This document shows, piece after piece, positions 52,521 to 64,000 of a DNA stretch of 64,000 nt; position 1 is the stretch's first letter; every line of letters starts with the position of its first letter. This DNA comes from Eledone cirrhosa. Lineage: Eukaryota. The notes beneath the pieces are model-generated. The model saw nothing but the letters and a program-made list of their open reading frames with translations, made no database searches and had not been told where the DNA came from. The stretch covers positions 239,134,001-239,198,000 of the forward strand of contig OZ024743.1 in the NCBI GenBank assembly GCA_964016885.1, in the 5' to 3' direction. Both the position numbers and the translations under genes were made by a program.

Positions 52521-55500
52521 ATATATATTAAGAAAAATGATGAAGTTTCGTTTACATGATAGGTTTTTATTGTGTATCGACTTGTTACACACGTTTTGCA
52601 GATGATTAGCACAGGGTCATCCATGGACCAGTGTGTGTGTGTGGCTGTCTAGCAACCTTCCCTGTCACGTCTAGGGACTCACAATGCATAACATTTACGA
52701 GTGTGTGGCATACCAAGGTGATCTATCACTGAGGTCACACTGACCGATGGACCAGCAACGTATCAATTCTTTGTTTAAGTTTTGCCGCAATCCAGTAACT
52801 GAATACTTAATCTTTGATGTTATTACCACTTGATAACGTGAGCTTGTTAGCCATAGAAATGCGTATCGTGATTTTAATACATAAAAATACTATTTGGAAA
52901 CTGGCCTACTTATTTCTTTTAACGGTGTCTTCAAACTAGTTTAAGCGCCTGCAGATTAGGCCACAATTTTGAACCCACTTATAAACTGGAGATATGGCCA
53001 ATATTGGGCCTTGAAACCACCTTAAATAGCGCCTTTGTTCCATGTATGGGCATACATGAATATATATTAACACATATTAAATGTTTAAGCAAAGAATTTC
53101 TGCTTTCGCTTAAGGCGGGATTTTCTGAAACTGAAAAATATCAACCACAGTAGTTAATATCAACCACAGTAGTTAATAAAATACGATGATATATAGTATT
53201 TGGGAAATGGAAATACATAACGGTTAGGCGTGTTGACGTTCTCTTGAGATGCGGCAAAATATATGCAAGGAACATTACGTCATTAATTGACATGGGAAGA
53301 AAGAAAAAATTATTACTATGAAAAAATCAAATCACTTTGCTCATGGAGCTCTCTGACTATCGATGCAATGATATCTGCATACCTGGTCCTGACCTCCCCA
53401 TTAGCCGTCGGCCGAGTTGACCTGCAGATTTTGTAAGTTTTCTTTGCTTTAGGTAGTCCCAGGCCACATACAACTACATGGCGAATAGCTAACAGTCCTA
53501 CCCATCCCTCAACACGAATATCCGACAGAGAATCCAAGAGATCATTGGGCAAAAAACCTATATCCCGTTTGTTGCCGGAAAATGTTAAGCTTTCTATCAC
53601 AGACCGATATCTCTAAAACACTACAATAAAAATAACTTGATGGAAATCTATAGTGAATTCTGGGAGGAGAAAGAGTCCACTTGGTTTATCCTGATCATCC
53701 ATACATGGTCGACCTTCCTTTTAGAACTGAGGCACTTTCATTCTGCAATCGTAATCCATCATAAAACGTGCCTGATCTGGAAATCGATATAGGCAATGAT
53801 ACGTCCTTTCATGTGCATATCACCAAGATGGCGGAGGTAATGAAACATGACGAAAATATGTTAAGGAACGTTTGAATAATCCTTTAGATGACATTGGATA
53901 CACCCCCACTCCGAGATTAATTGTAAAATATTACAGAACACTGTAAGTAAACCATATATTAAAGAAACTGTGAATTTGTAAAACCTGTAATGCATCGGAT
54001 TAAATGCTTTGGTAATTGTTCCAGCTGTTTGCGCTTTCTTTTATTACTTTGGATCGCTAAATAATGTACTATTTCTAGTAAATCTAGAGACCGCATAGAG
54101 GTCTTCACATGGATGTTTGTGTGAGTGAAGTACTTGTTACTCTGTAAAATGCACTGAAACAACATTGAAGTCATATGGAAGGTAGCATTTGTTGATAAAC
54201 CTCACCATTAACAATCGAAAGAAGCGTTCTCAAATAAAATACATAAGGCCACCCATGGAATATATAAGAAAACTTTACACTATTTTGCTGCCATGATTTT
54301 CCACATTTCTACTCACTTGTTTTCTAATAATTCAGGATTTATGTGACAGAAAAACACGATCACCTCATCAGTGAAAGAATGAACACCTCCTTATCAACTC
54401 TCAACGAAATGAGCCATGACATTGTCATAAGGTGAACATACGTCACCCCCTCCTCTCTTCTCCTCTACTGGCTTTATAACGAGGTTGATAATGTTTACAA
54501 AGAATAAAGTCATAGAAGATTGAATGTCATGTTGATAAACCACTGGGGACTATTTCTTTCTATTTTTACGATATTCATGCCAGATGAGAAGAATCCGTCA
54601 TATTATTAGCTACACATACATGACTACAGAGATACACGCGACACATTACATGATTACACGTCCATCTCCGCTTGCCCTACGACCTACATCACTTTCATTC
54701 TTCTTCTCCACCGCTCCCATTGTCGTCGTCATCATCATCATTATCAGCGTCTTTATTCTGAAAGGAGGAGGAGGAGAGTTGAATGGAGTAGGAAGAGGAG
54801 AAAAGTATGAAGTATCGTTATCATGACATTGATTGGGGATTTGATTAAAGCTCTATGTCTAATTAATGCTACGGTTTGTCAGTCGGTGTTTTTATAACTG
54901 TGCGTGTGATTCGGTAAGTAGAATTAGCAATGCCAGTGAATCACATATACTAACATATACATAGTAGTGTCCGGATGATTGTTGTCGAGAGAAACCAAAG
55001 TAAAAGCAAACGCTATAGCTCTCACTAAAATGGTGGCCATGCATAGCCAAGTGGCAGCATAGATCAACGATGAAATGAAATAGGAAAACACAGCAAAGGA
55101 AACGTAACGAGAATAGCAGTCAAAACTATTAAGCAAATTAATAGACTTGCTATTGATATAATACAATCCTCGCCCCTTTACCTCGACCTCGTTACTCTCA
55201 CACATTCACGCTCCATAAGTGTATAACATCTTACGCATGCTCACCTACACTCACACACGTATATAGTGTACATTCACATACGTTCCCTGTTAGATGATAC
55301 ACTCATATACACCGAAATATAAACTGGTGGTTTTGGCATCGAAACAAGTATTTGAAGTTAATCAAAATATAATTTCCATGCCCACTTTGTAACCATTGAT
55401 TGCTCATATATTGACCAATAGAGGTTTGTAATCACGAGGTCAAGAGTTCGATTCTAACTTACTCATTGAAATAATTCAACGAAATGTCACACAACCTTGA

Positions 55501-55572
55501 AATTATTTGCTTCTTATAATAATATTAATGACGCGTTGACCGCGTTTGTTTTTGTTGCTAAAATATGTTATA

Positions 55573-56080
55573 CAGGGTGGGTAGAAAAAAAACTCCCCAT
55601 CGAAAATTACTTATAACTTTTGGCCTTTTGTAACCGCTTGGGACAACAAAAAATGTGCACGCCTTGTCCGTGAATGACATGATATCCAATTTTTAGGACT
55701 TTGGCTGGGTGGTTGGGGTCCTAATTAATGGCCAGCAAGAAGCGTTGATTTAAGGCTATCGGACTTTTTGAACAGGGGTGGGTGAAGGAAGACGTTTAAA
55801 GCCCAAAACCAGAAACTCTGACTCAATTGGAAACAGTCATTTGCCATATACTGAACAACATACTGACTGAGTTCATGATGAAGTCAGTCGAGGATATACC
55901 CAGACGATTAAAAATGCTGGTGTTCAACGTTGGTGTCTATGTAGCATTTTAAAATTTCACTCTAATTTTAATTTCACTCTACTATTATACTGTTCAAAAT
56001 AAAACATATTTCATGAAAAATCAACTAATAATTAAAGTTATTAACAATATGGAATAGGGAAATTCCTTTCACCCACCCTG
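55573..56080 (+). mobile_element. Internally deleted Tc1/mariner element (rosa/DD41D-like C-terminus)
   Basis: TA-CAGGGTGGGT...ACCCACCCTG-TA termini. Internal translation WLGGWGPN*WPARSVDL..DF..KPETLTQLE..RRL. Confidence 0.75.
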
Positions 56081-56269
56081 TATAAAATGACAACAGATTT
56101 TAGTCATTACTGCAAGTATAAAATAATTAAAATTAGATATTTTGGAGAGACGTAATGGCTATCTTTCTTTTTTTTCGTTTATATAATTTCACTATGAAAA
56201 AAAGAAAAGAAAATGAGCCTTATTACTTTCTCATCAGCAGCCACATGCTCTAATAATAATAATAATAAT

Positions 56270-59200
56270 GTTTTCTTTATTAACCACAAGGGTTTACATA
56301 AAGTAGACATTAAGGACAGTACAGGACAATACAGGATGGTACAAATGGGCATTTCTGCGTGTAAAAAAAACAGAGGATGTAATAAAATAACAAAGAAAGA
56401 TTCCACAATAGGGGGGAGACTTCCGAGGAACATTTGTGGAGAAAGCCCATTAAAAGACCACAGTGACTCTGACCACCAGAGCAAGTGCCCTCTCCCAGTT
56501 TTCCACCTTTAATTTACAGACACATACTCAGAGTAGGCCCATTCACTCGGGCCATACTTGCTTCTCTCACCCATCTTTCAACAAAATGCTGGGAAGAGAG
56601 CCTTTCCCTCTCTACCCTGATTTTCCTTTTCAAATGAAATTTGAAAAGGTTAATCAGGGCATCACCGAAGAGGTAAGTGATCGTCTTCAGCCCTTTCAAA
56701 CGTGTCCACCATACTATCTCTTTCGCCATGGCCACCAGACAGATAAAAACTGCCTGCCCTTCACGGCTAAAGGAAGAGGGCGGGGCAATCCTCACGATGG
56801 ACTCAGCTGATAGCTGGATCAGTCCTACACGTGACAGCAGGTGTTCGACATAAACCCACAAGTCAGCAATGCTCGGACACTGGACGAATGCGTGCAGGAC
56901 GGTTTCGTCGCCCTGCGCGCATCTCGGACATGCCCGGCTGACGGCACCTCCATGCCTGTAGAGTTTATCCCGAACTGGCAAAGCTCCCCGGTAGCACTGC
57001 CAGGCCAGGGATTTCTGGAAGTTGTCCATAGGCTCCGGCCCGAAAGTCCTTCCGAAGAGATTGGCTAGTTGATTTTCGTCGACGCCTAGAGTTTCTCCAA
57101 GTACGTCGTCGCTCTTCCCCTCCACTAATCCTCTATAGAACGCCGAGGTGGAGTTTCCACCGATCACATTGCCCGATTGGTCGAGGGCTGTGAGCGCCTG
57201 AAAACATTCCAGTCTCCAAGCGCTCCCTCTCGGTCTTCGCTTGACCCAGGATACAGCTCCGTCAAGGAGACGAGCTGGGGAAAGACGTGTCTAGCAAACG
57301 GCGACCACACCTGATCACCGTCGAGGAAGAGGTGGAGATGTCGTAGCCTGAGCGCGTGTCTGCGCATCATCAGCCACGGCATGCCCAGGCCTCCACGTAG
57401 CGGGTGTTGACAGCAGATGGACCGCCTGACCATCGGAGCGCGTCCCTTCCACAAAAAGCGAAAGAGCAAACGCTCCAGCGCAGTCAGGCGGGGCTTAGGA
57501 CAAGGTACAACGGTCAGACGGTAGTAGATGACGGACGCGATGTACGCGTTAGCCACCTCCACTCGACCTTTCAGGGATAGCTTCCTCTCCGCCCATTTCT
57601 GGGTGAGAGAAACCACCCTGCTCGTCACCTCGTCCCAGTTTTTGTCCGTCTGGAGGTCCTGACCGAACCAGACCCCTAGTAATTTAACCGGTCCGTCCGT
57701 CCAGTGCCCGACGACGCTGTTGGACGGCATGGACCTGCCTCTCCAGGTGCCGAGCTGCAGGCCCACTGACTTTTCCTGGTTGATCATTGCTCCTGTCACC
57801 GCTTCGTATTCTCTTAGTGTAGTGCCGATCGCCTCGATGTGTTTGGCGTTCGACACCACTACGGTGACATCGTCCGCATATGCTGACACGGATCTTCCGC
57901 ATCCTAGTTCGCGCGGGACGTCTCCAGTCTGTGCAGTAATGGCTCGAGTCTGTGCAGTAAAGGCTCGAGAGTCAATACGTACAAGAGGGACGAGAGGGGA
58001 CATCACTGGCGGACCGAGCGCATGATGTTGAACGGTTCCGAAAGGTGACCGTTCACTCTCACCACAGAGCAGATGTCGCTGGGCATGGCAGCGATCCAGC
58101 CTCTGAAGACGGGCCCAAAGCCAGCCGCCCTCAGGACTGCCGCTATGTAACGATGGTCGACCCTATCGAATGCTTTCGACTGATTTAAATTGATCAAGGA
58201 CCCACCCGTGCCAGGTTCCCTAGCTACCCTCTCTACAATGTATCGCATGAGGTGGAGGTGGTCGTGGATGGATCTGTCGGGAATGGCGCATGTCTGCGCC
58301 TCTCCCACCAGACCACCAACGACAAGCGCCAACCTCTTTGCTAGCACCTTGGCCAAAATCTTGAACTCTGTGTTTAGCAGAGTTATGGGCCTAAAATTAT
58401 TTATGTTATCCCCCTTGTTCGGATCCTTTCTCAGCAGCGCCACCGCCCTCGGCTCACAGAGCTGGGAATTCTCCCGTTCTGTTGCCAGTTGTTGTAGACG
58501 TCCGCCAAGAGACCTCGGAAGAAGTCTGGCATCTGTACGTAATGTTCATAGGGCAGACCATCCAAACCAGGCGATTTACCCCTTGTGCAACCAGTCATTG
58601 CCTCACGTACTTCAGCGGCTGTTATCGGCTTTTCGCAACACTCTGCCTCAGTGGCCGAGAGCCGCGGCAGTCCGTCGAGGTAGACACTAAAGTCCATCCC
58701 TTGATCCGGTTCGCCGCTGCCCCCGAACAGTTGAGCGAAGTGTCGCTGAAAAGCTTCACACATTTGCCCGGGATCGAGTAGCATGCGCCCGTCGTGGTCC
58801 ACCAAAGACCGGATCGTGGCTTTGTTGCCACAACGCGCCTCCGCCACTCGGGCCCATTGAACGGCTTTTGTCCCCACGTGTCTGAGAGTGCGCACCCTAG
58901 CTCTGACAACGCAGCCTTCGTGCTTTGCATTGAAGAATTGGTCAAGGGGCCAATTTCGCCGCAAGTACGTCGGTCGCGATGCCTCTGCAAAGCGCCTCGT
59001 CTAATTTTCAAACTAATTCTCCCTCTGCTTTATTTTTCTCTATTGCTAAAGCCTTACTAAACCTAATGGACTCTATTCTAATTGCTCTTTTCAGAGCAAA
59101 CCACCACTTGTTGTTGACGATGGCACCCGTCAACGCCCGCTTAACTAGTTCGCTAATCCGGTCTCTGTAGGCCTTGCGCGCTGGTAAGAACGCGTTTAGC

Positions 59201-62155
59201 TTCCAGTAGCCGGGTCCTCGTCTATGAAGCCTATATAAGTCAAGCACACAGATCACGAATTTGTGGTCAGTGTAGCTGACTATCTTGAATTGTGGACAGC
59301 CTATGCTAGACCTATCTATTTCCCTACAGAATACTCTATCTAGATATGATCTGGATGACCCTATGCGATTTGTTCAAGTCCACATTGTTACATTCGGGAA
59401 ATCCAATCGGTACCTGTCATACAGTTCAAAACGCCTGAGCAGGTTGGTGAGGCTCTTGCACCCTCCTCCCCTATCCACTAATCCCACACAATCCCAGCGT
59501 GCATCTAAGATCCCGTTCCAGTCGCCCACTAACACTAAAGAGCGGGACGTTCCAAGAAAGGTCTCCTGACGCCGGAAGAAATATAGGCCGCCCTGCTCCT
59601 GTCAGGGCATAGACGGCCACTAACCTGAAAGCTTGCCCGTCTCCGCTGGTCACGTCCAGCACCACCAACTTATCTTCTGGGTCCAGGAAGATGGCACGTA
59701 TGGCAAGATCCAAACCTCTCCGAAAAAGCACAGCAACTCCCCCCCCCCCGATCCCGGACGGCTGGGAGATGCGTACACATCGTAGCCGCCGAAGATCGGT
59801 GCGAAGGCCCGTGCTTCGGAGATTCTGGTCTCGCTGATGGCCACTACATCTATGTTTTGTGACCTGAGGTCGTTGAGCAGGTGGCCCTGCTTCCATGACG
59901 ACCCCAAGCCACGCGCATTTATGCTGCCTTTTCTGAATGAGGTCATGTTGAAATGGAGTGGAAAAGATGGGAAAGACCACTTACCTTACTTCTCGTAGAG
60001 GAAGGACGGTTTTTCCATCCTTTTCACTGCTTTTGGCCTCCTCAGGAAGGATGTCCTTATAAATCCTCCTGGAAAGTGCTTGTCGGAAGTCTCCGATGTC
60101 TTTGGGGAATTTTTGTTTTAGTGTCATGTACGTTTTCTGTGTGATGCGAGTGATTTGTATGTGTGGAGGTGGTGTGAATTTTTGGGTTGTTGTGTACTCT
60201 TTTTCTGTGATGCTCGTGTTGTGTTGGATGTAGTGTAATAGTTGGTTTTTGTTCAAATTTAATGCTGTGTAGTGTGTATCGTTTTGGTTATTTTGTTTTG
60301 TTTGCGTTTGTTGTGGGTTTGTTTCTGTTTCGCATTTTGGTGACTTTTGTGGTGTTGGTGATGGTGGTGTTGGGGTTAATGATGGTGATGGTGTTGGTGT
60401 TTGGGGTGCTGGGGTTGGTGATGCTGGTGTGGATGGTGGCATATCTGTCCTAACATTTTTGTTTGTTAATTTATTTGTTTCCCTCTGTATTTTGTTTTTG
60501 GAGGGGGAAGGAAGAGAATTTTTTCTTTTTTGGTTTCTTTCTTTTTTCCTGATACCGTTTCCCACTCCTCGTCGTCACAATCTGTCTCCAGTTGTGATAG
60601 GCCGGGGAGTGGAAAATCCTCCACAGGCGTTAGTTGTGGTTGTGGCGTAGTGAATGGTGTAGGTGCTGGTGCTAGTTCTGAAGTGTTGGGTGGTGGTGGT
60701 GTTGGTTTTGCTACTGTTGCTGGGGTTGTTGCTGTTATAGTTGCTTCTGTTGTTGCTGCTACAGTTGTTGCTGCCATCTCTGCTACTGGTGGTGTTGATG
60801 GTTGAATCACTGGGGTGGGTAGGAGAGGTGGCCTCAACCTTTTAGCCAGAGGGCAGAAAGCCCTTAGGTGGGTTCCTTCACCACAAACGACACACCTAGG
60901 CCTTCTGCCGTCGAGAATTACGGTGAGGTGGCTGCCGTCAGTGAGGTCTATTACCTCTGGGATCTCCTCAATGCTTTTTTGGTCTGCTTGGATCAGGAGA
61001 TCCATCCCAGATCCGGACCAGTTCTCCTGCTTTTCTTTTGCTATTGCTATTATCTTTGTGTTGGCTTCGATGCCGGCGAGGACGGCCGCTATTAGCCAGG
61101 GAATTTCGATGGCCGGTGGAACGTGGGCCACCCTGATCTTTACGAGTCTCTGGCCACAACATCTTGGGACAAGTGTGAAGTCGTCACTTCATAATGGGGC
61201 CATGGAGTGTTCTCTAGCCTCCTCTGGTGTTTCAAAGAAACACGTCCACGGTTCCATACTTCTGCCCACGTCTGATGTGGGTTTTTCTTACCCACACATG
61301 TCCCAAAGCTTTTTGGATTTGGGACTCGGATGCCCGTTCCACTCGGCGCGATTTTACATTAACTGTTCGATACGACACGGTGCATAGACGCCGATGCTCC
61401 ATTTTATTAGGTGGAGGGGTGAGGCTGACCCTGTACCCATCTTTCTTTACCATTTTTTTGGCATTTTCTAATTCCTCCTGAGTTACCGTAAATGCTTCGC
61501 ACTGTTTTGCTACTCTGGCAAAACTCAGGGTGGTTTTTTTAATGTCATTGCTGCTGTTGTTTTTATCGTTATTTTCTAGTTATTATTAATTTTATTTTCA
61601 GTTGTGGTGGTGGTGACGTCAGTGGTGTTCGGTGTGGATGAGTCCATTTTGGTTGAAAACATTTCGACATCACGAGTTGATTTATTTTTTCCTTATGTTT
61701 CTGTTGTCGCGGTGGTGTTGGGGTGGTGGTTGCGGCGGTGGTGGTGGTGGTGGCGGCTTTAACACCTGCAGTCATTGGTAATGGCGGGAAATGAATGTCT
61801 GCCTGAGACAAATTTAAAATATTGCTACTGCTTATATTTTTTTAGTGTTGGCAAATGTAGTAACATTTACAATGGTGGTGTCGGTGTGAGGTGTTAATTT
61901 GTGAGGAAGGCTCTTAGCTGCTTGGTGCAGAGGTGGATTAGCCATTTTTTTTTCAAAGAAATCTTTTGATAATCATAAAATTTTAAATTTTGGGCACAAG
62001 ACCCCAATCTTTTTGGGTGTTCCTTTCGGAAAACAATGTATGTCCGCTTATATATAGTTAACAATAACATTTTTTCATAAATGGCAATTTTTAACAAACG
62101 GAAATAACAAACCTTTGCGGAGCTCACGATGATACGATTTACTACGTAGGTCGCC
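56270..62155 (-). mobile_element. Near-full-length Tx1/L1-clade LINE, disrupted (copy B)
   Basis: Colinear reverse complement of copy A with the same termini (5' ggcgacctacgtag, 3' aataaagaaaac). It is bounded by (AAT)n at 56252-56269 and 62156-62180. Confidence 0.92.
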
Positions 62156-62364
62156 AATAATAATAATAATAATAATAATATATATATATATGAATATGTA
62201 TATGTGTTTGTATGTATGCATATGTGTATATATATGGTGCAAGCACAAGGATTGGTGGTTAGATTGTTTGATTTCAGCCCTTGCACAAGACAAGTTATTT
62301 CGCATTGCTTAAGTCCACTTCATCTATATCTGTAATTCAAAGGAGAGTATCTGTCACATCTTGT

Positions 62365-62439
<75 letters not shown>

Positions 62440-62571
62440 AGGTGTATTATTGATTTGTGTCAAACGGTCCAATAACATTTTTGTTAGCAATATTAAGTTC
62501 TCCACGCTTTTGTATATCTCCAATTATATTTATGGGAACAGCTAGATGATGTAAAACGGAGTATTTGTATC

Positions 62572-63834
62572 AAAATAAAGATCCGAAGGCATGGTATAAA
62601 TTTCCAATCATTTAAATTACGACACATGTTTCAATAAGAGATAGATCGATCGTGTAGCCATGATCGATTATCACTGATCACGTCAGGTGAAAATGAATTG
62701 TCTTCAAATCCTTGATATGAGGGAGAAAATTAACAGTGTTCACTCACAGAGTTTAGTCCCTCATATGAAGACCAAGCAGTCAAAACACGGCGACTGCTAT
62801 ATGACGGGAAATCGCACATACTGACACCTTAACGCAAGTACCCAACCCTACTCAGGGCCCCTTGGTGGCCTACATAGCGGCTTCTTGCACGCACAGATTT
62901 GAGGACTCAGATTCTCAATGGGTCAACAGCACATACTGAGTTCGATATGAGCTGTCTACTTGCTCTTCACATAGATGTGTATATACCTAAACATACACTA
63001 TTTGGAGATACGGATGTTACAATTCAATCTATACACGTATAGCAGAACATTGAACTGAACTTACTTGCGTGTGTATAGGGTTGCGGTTGACCCAATTGTT
63101 TCCAATTCTTTTGGACGATACAAATGTATATACCATAACATGCACTATTTGGAGATACGGATGTTGCAATTCAATCTATACACATATAGCAGAAAATTGA
63201 ACTGAACTTACTTGCGTGTGTATAGGGTTGCGGTTGACACAATTTTTCCCAATTTACACGTCAAATTGAGATTTGACCAATATAACATTTGTTGTTTTGT
63301 AAACTAAATTTCGGTGAATACTATGTTGGTATTTTTGTATTTTTACTTTTCTTTAACCTCGTGTCGCTGTGTGTGAGTGTGCGTGTACTGTCTCACACTA
63401 ACTGTGACCGTCTATAGTTCTACACATTTGATGCTGTGCTGGTATGTGTATATATATTTTTCTTTGACCTCGCGTCATGTGTGTGTGAGTGTGTGTGTAA
63501 CCACTCACATTAACTGTGACCGACTGTAATTCTACAGATTTGATTGATGTCCAGCGTATTTTACAGCTATTAGGAGATAGAGACTTGATAGTTTTATGAC
63601 CCTAACTGAGGACGATAGCAGTCGCCGTGTTTTGACTGCTTGATCTTCATATGAGGGACTAAACTCTGTGAGTGAACACTGTTAATTTTCTCCCTCATAT
63701 CAAGGATTTGAAGACAATTCATTTTCACCTGCGAGATTAGTGATAATCGATCATGGCTACATGATCGATCTATCACTTATTGAAACATGTGTCGTGATTT
63801 AAATGATTGGAAATTTATACCATGCCTTCGGATC

Positions 63835-63841
<7 letters not shown>
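62572..63841. mobile_element. Fold-back element with ~228-bp HHR-bearing inverted arms and an internally duplicated spacer
   Basis: Arms at 62572-62800 and 63615-63841. HHRs at 62617-62690 (-, CTGACGT) and 63725-63797 (+, CTG-CGA), both with GAAA CATGT GTC. Spacer direct repeats lie at ~62996/63143 and ~63356/63467. Confidence 0.8.
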
Positions 63842-63891
<50 letters not shown>

Positions 63892-64000
63892 AGAGATTAT
63901 TCAATATTCACAACTTCTTGCATAATCTGCCGCCCTTGAGTCCATTTATATATGGTCGAGATGTTTCTAGTATTAACCATCCAATGAAGAAGTCTATGTT

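Noticed and set aside
53316-53860. Higher-complexity block with a 94-aa ORF
   Set aside because: I found no recognisable motif or clear exon boundaries. It needs a tBLASTx search.
38996-62155. Two inverted Tx1 copies as ends of a composite element or an assembly artefact
   Set aside because: The copies carry many independent substitutions and indels, and each has its own microsatellite target.

Overview
This is AT-rich, microsatellite-dense eukaryotic DNA made almost entirely of transposons, with no convincing host gene. The SINE and LINE mix suggests an octopus-like cephalopod (inference). Non-LTR retrotransposons include one intact R4/Dong-type RT-RLE ORF, two near-full-length but disrupted Tx1/L1-clade LINEs that both sit inside (ATT)n tracts, and RTE and CRE remnants. 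There are also many Penelope-like (PLE) RT/GIY-YIG pieces and several tRNA-derived SINEs. DNA transposons include a full-length DD36E Tc1-family element plus mariner, rosa-like, hATm-like, Helitron and possibly piggyBac relics. The ORF track does not show the most notable signal: about 18 type I hammerhead ribozyme (HHR) motifs of roughly 10 distinct sequence families, read by eye. Two families carry a U3:A8 covariant core, and most motifs lie in divergent fold-back pairs anchored in (TA)n. One 468-nt HHR unit is present at more than unit length, as expected for a retrozyme/circRNA. Both Tx1 copies also keep a 52-nt GT-AG segment whose removal would fuse ORF1 to ORF2 in frame. All coordinates were read manually and may be off by a few bases.
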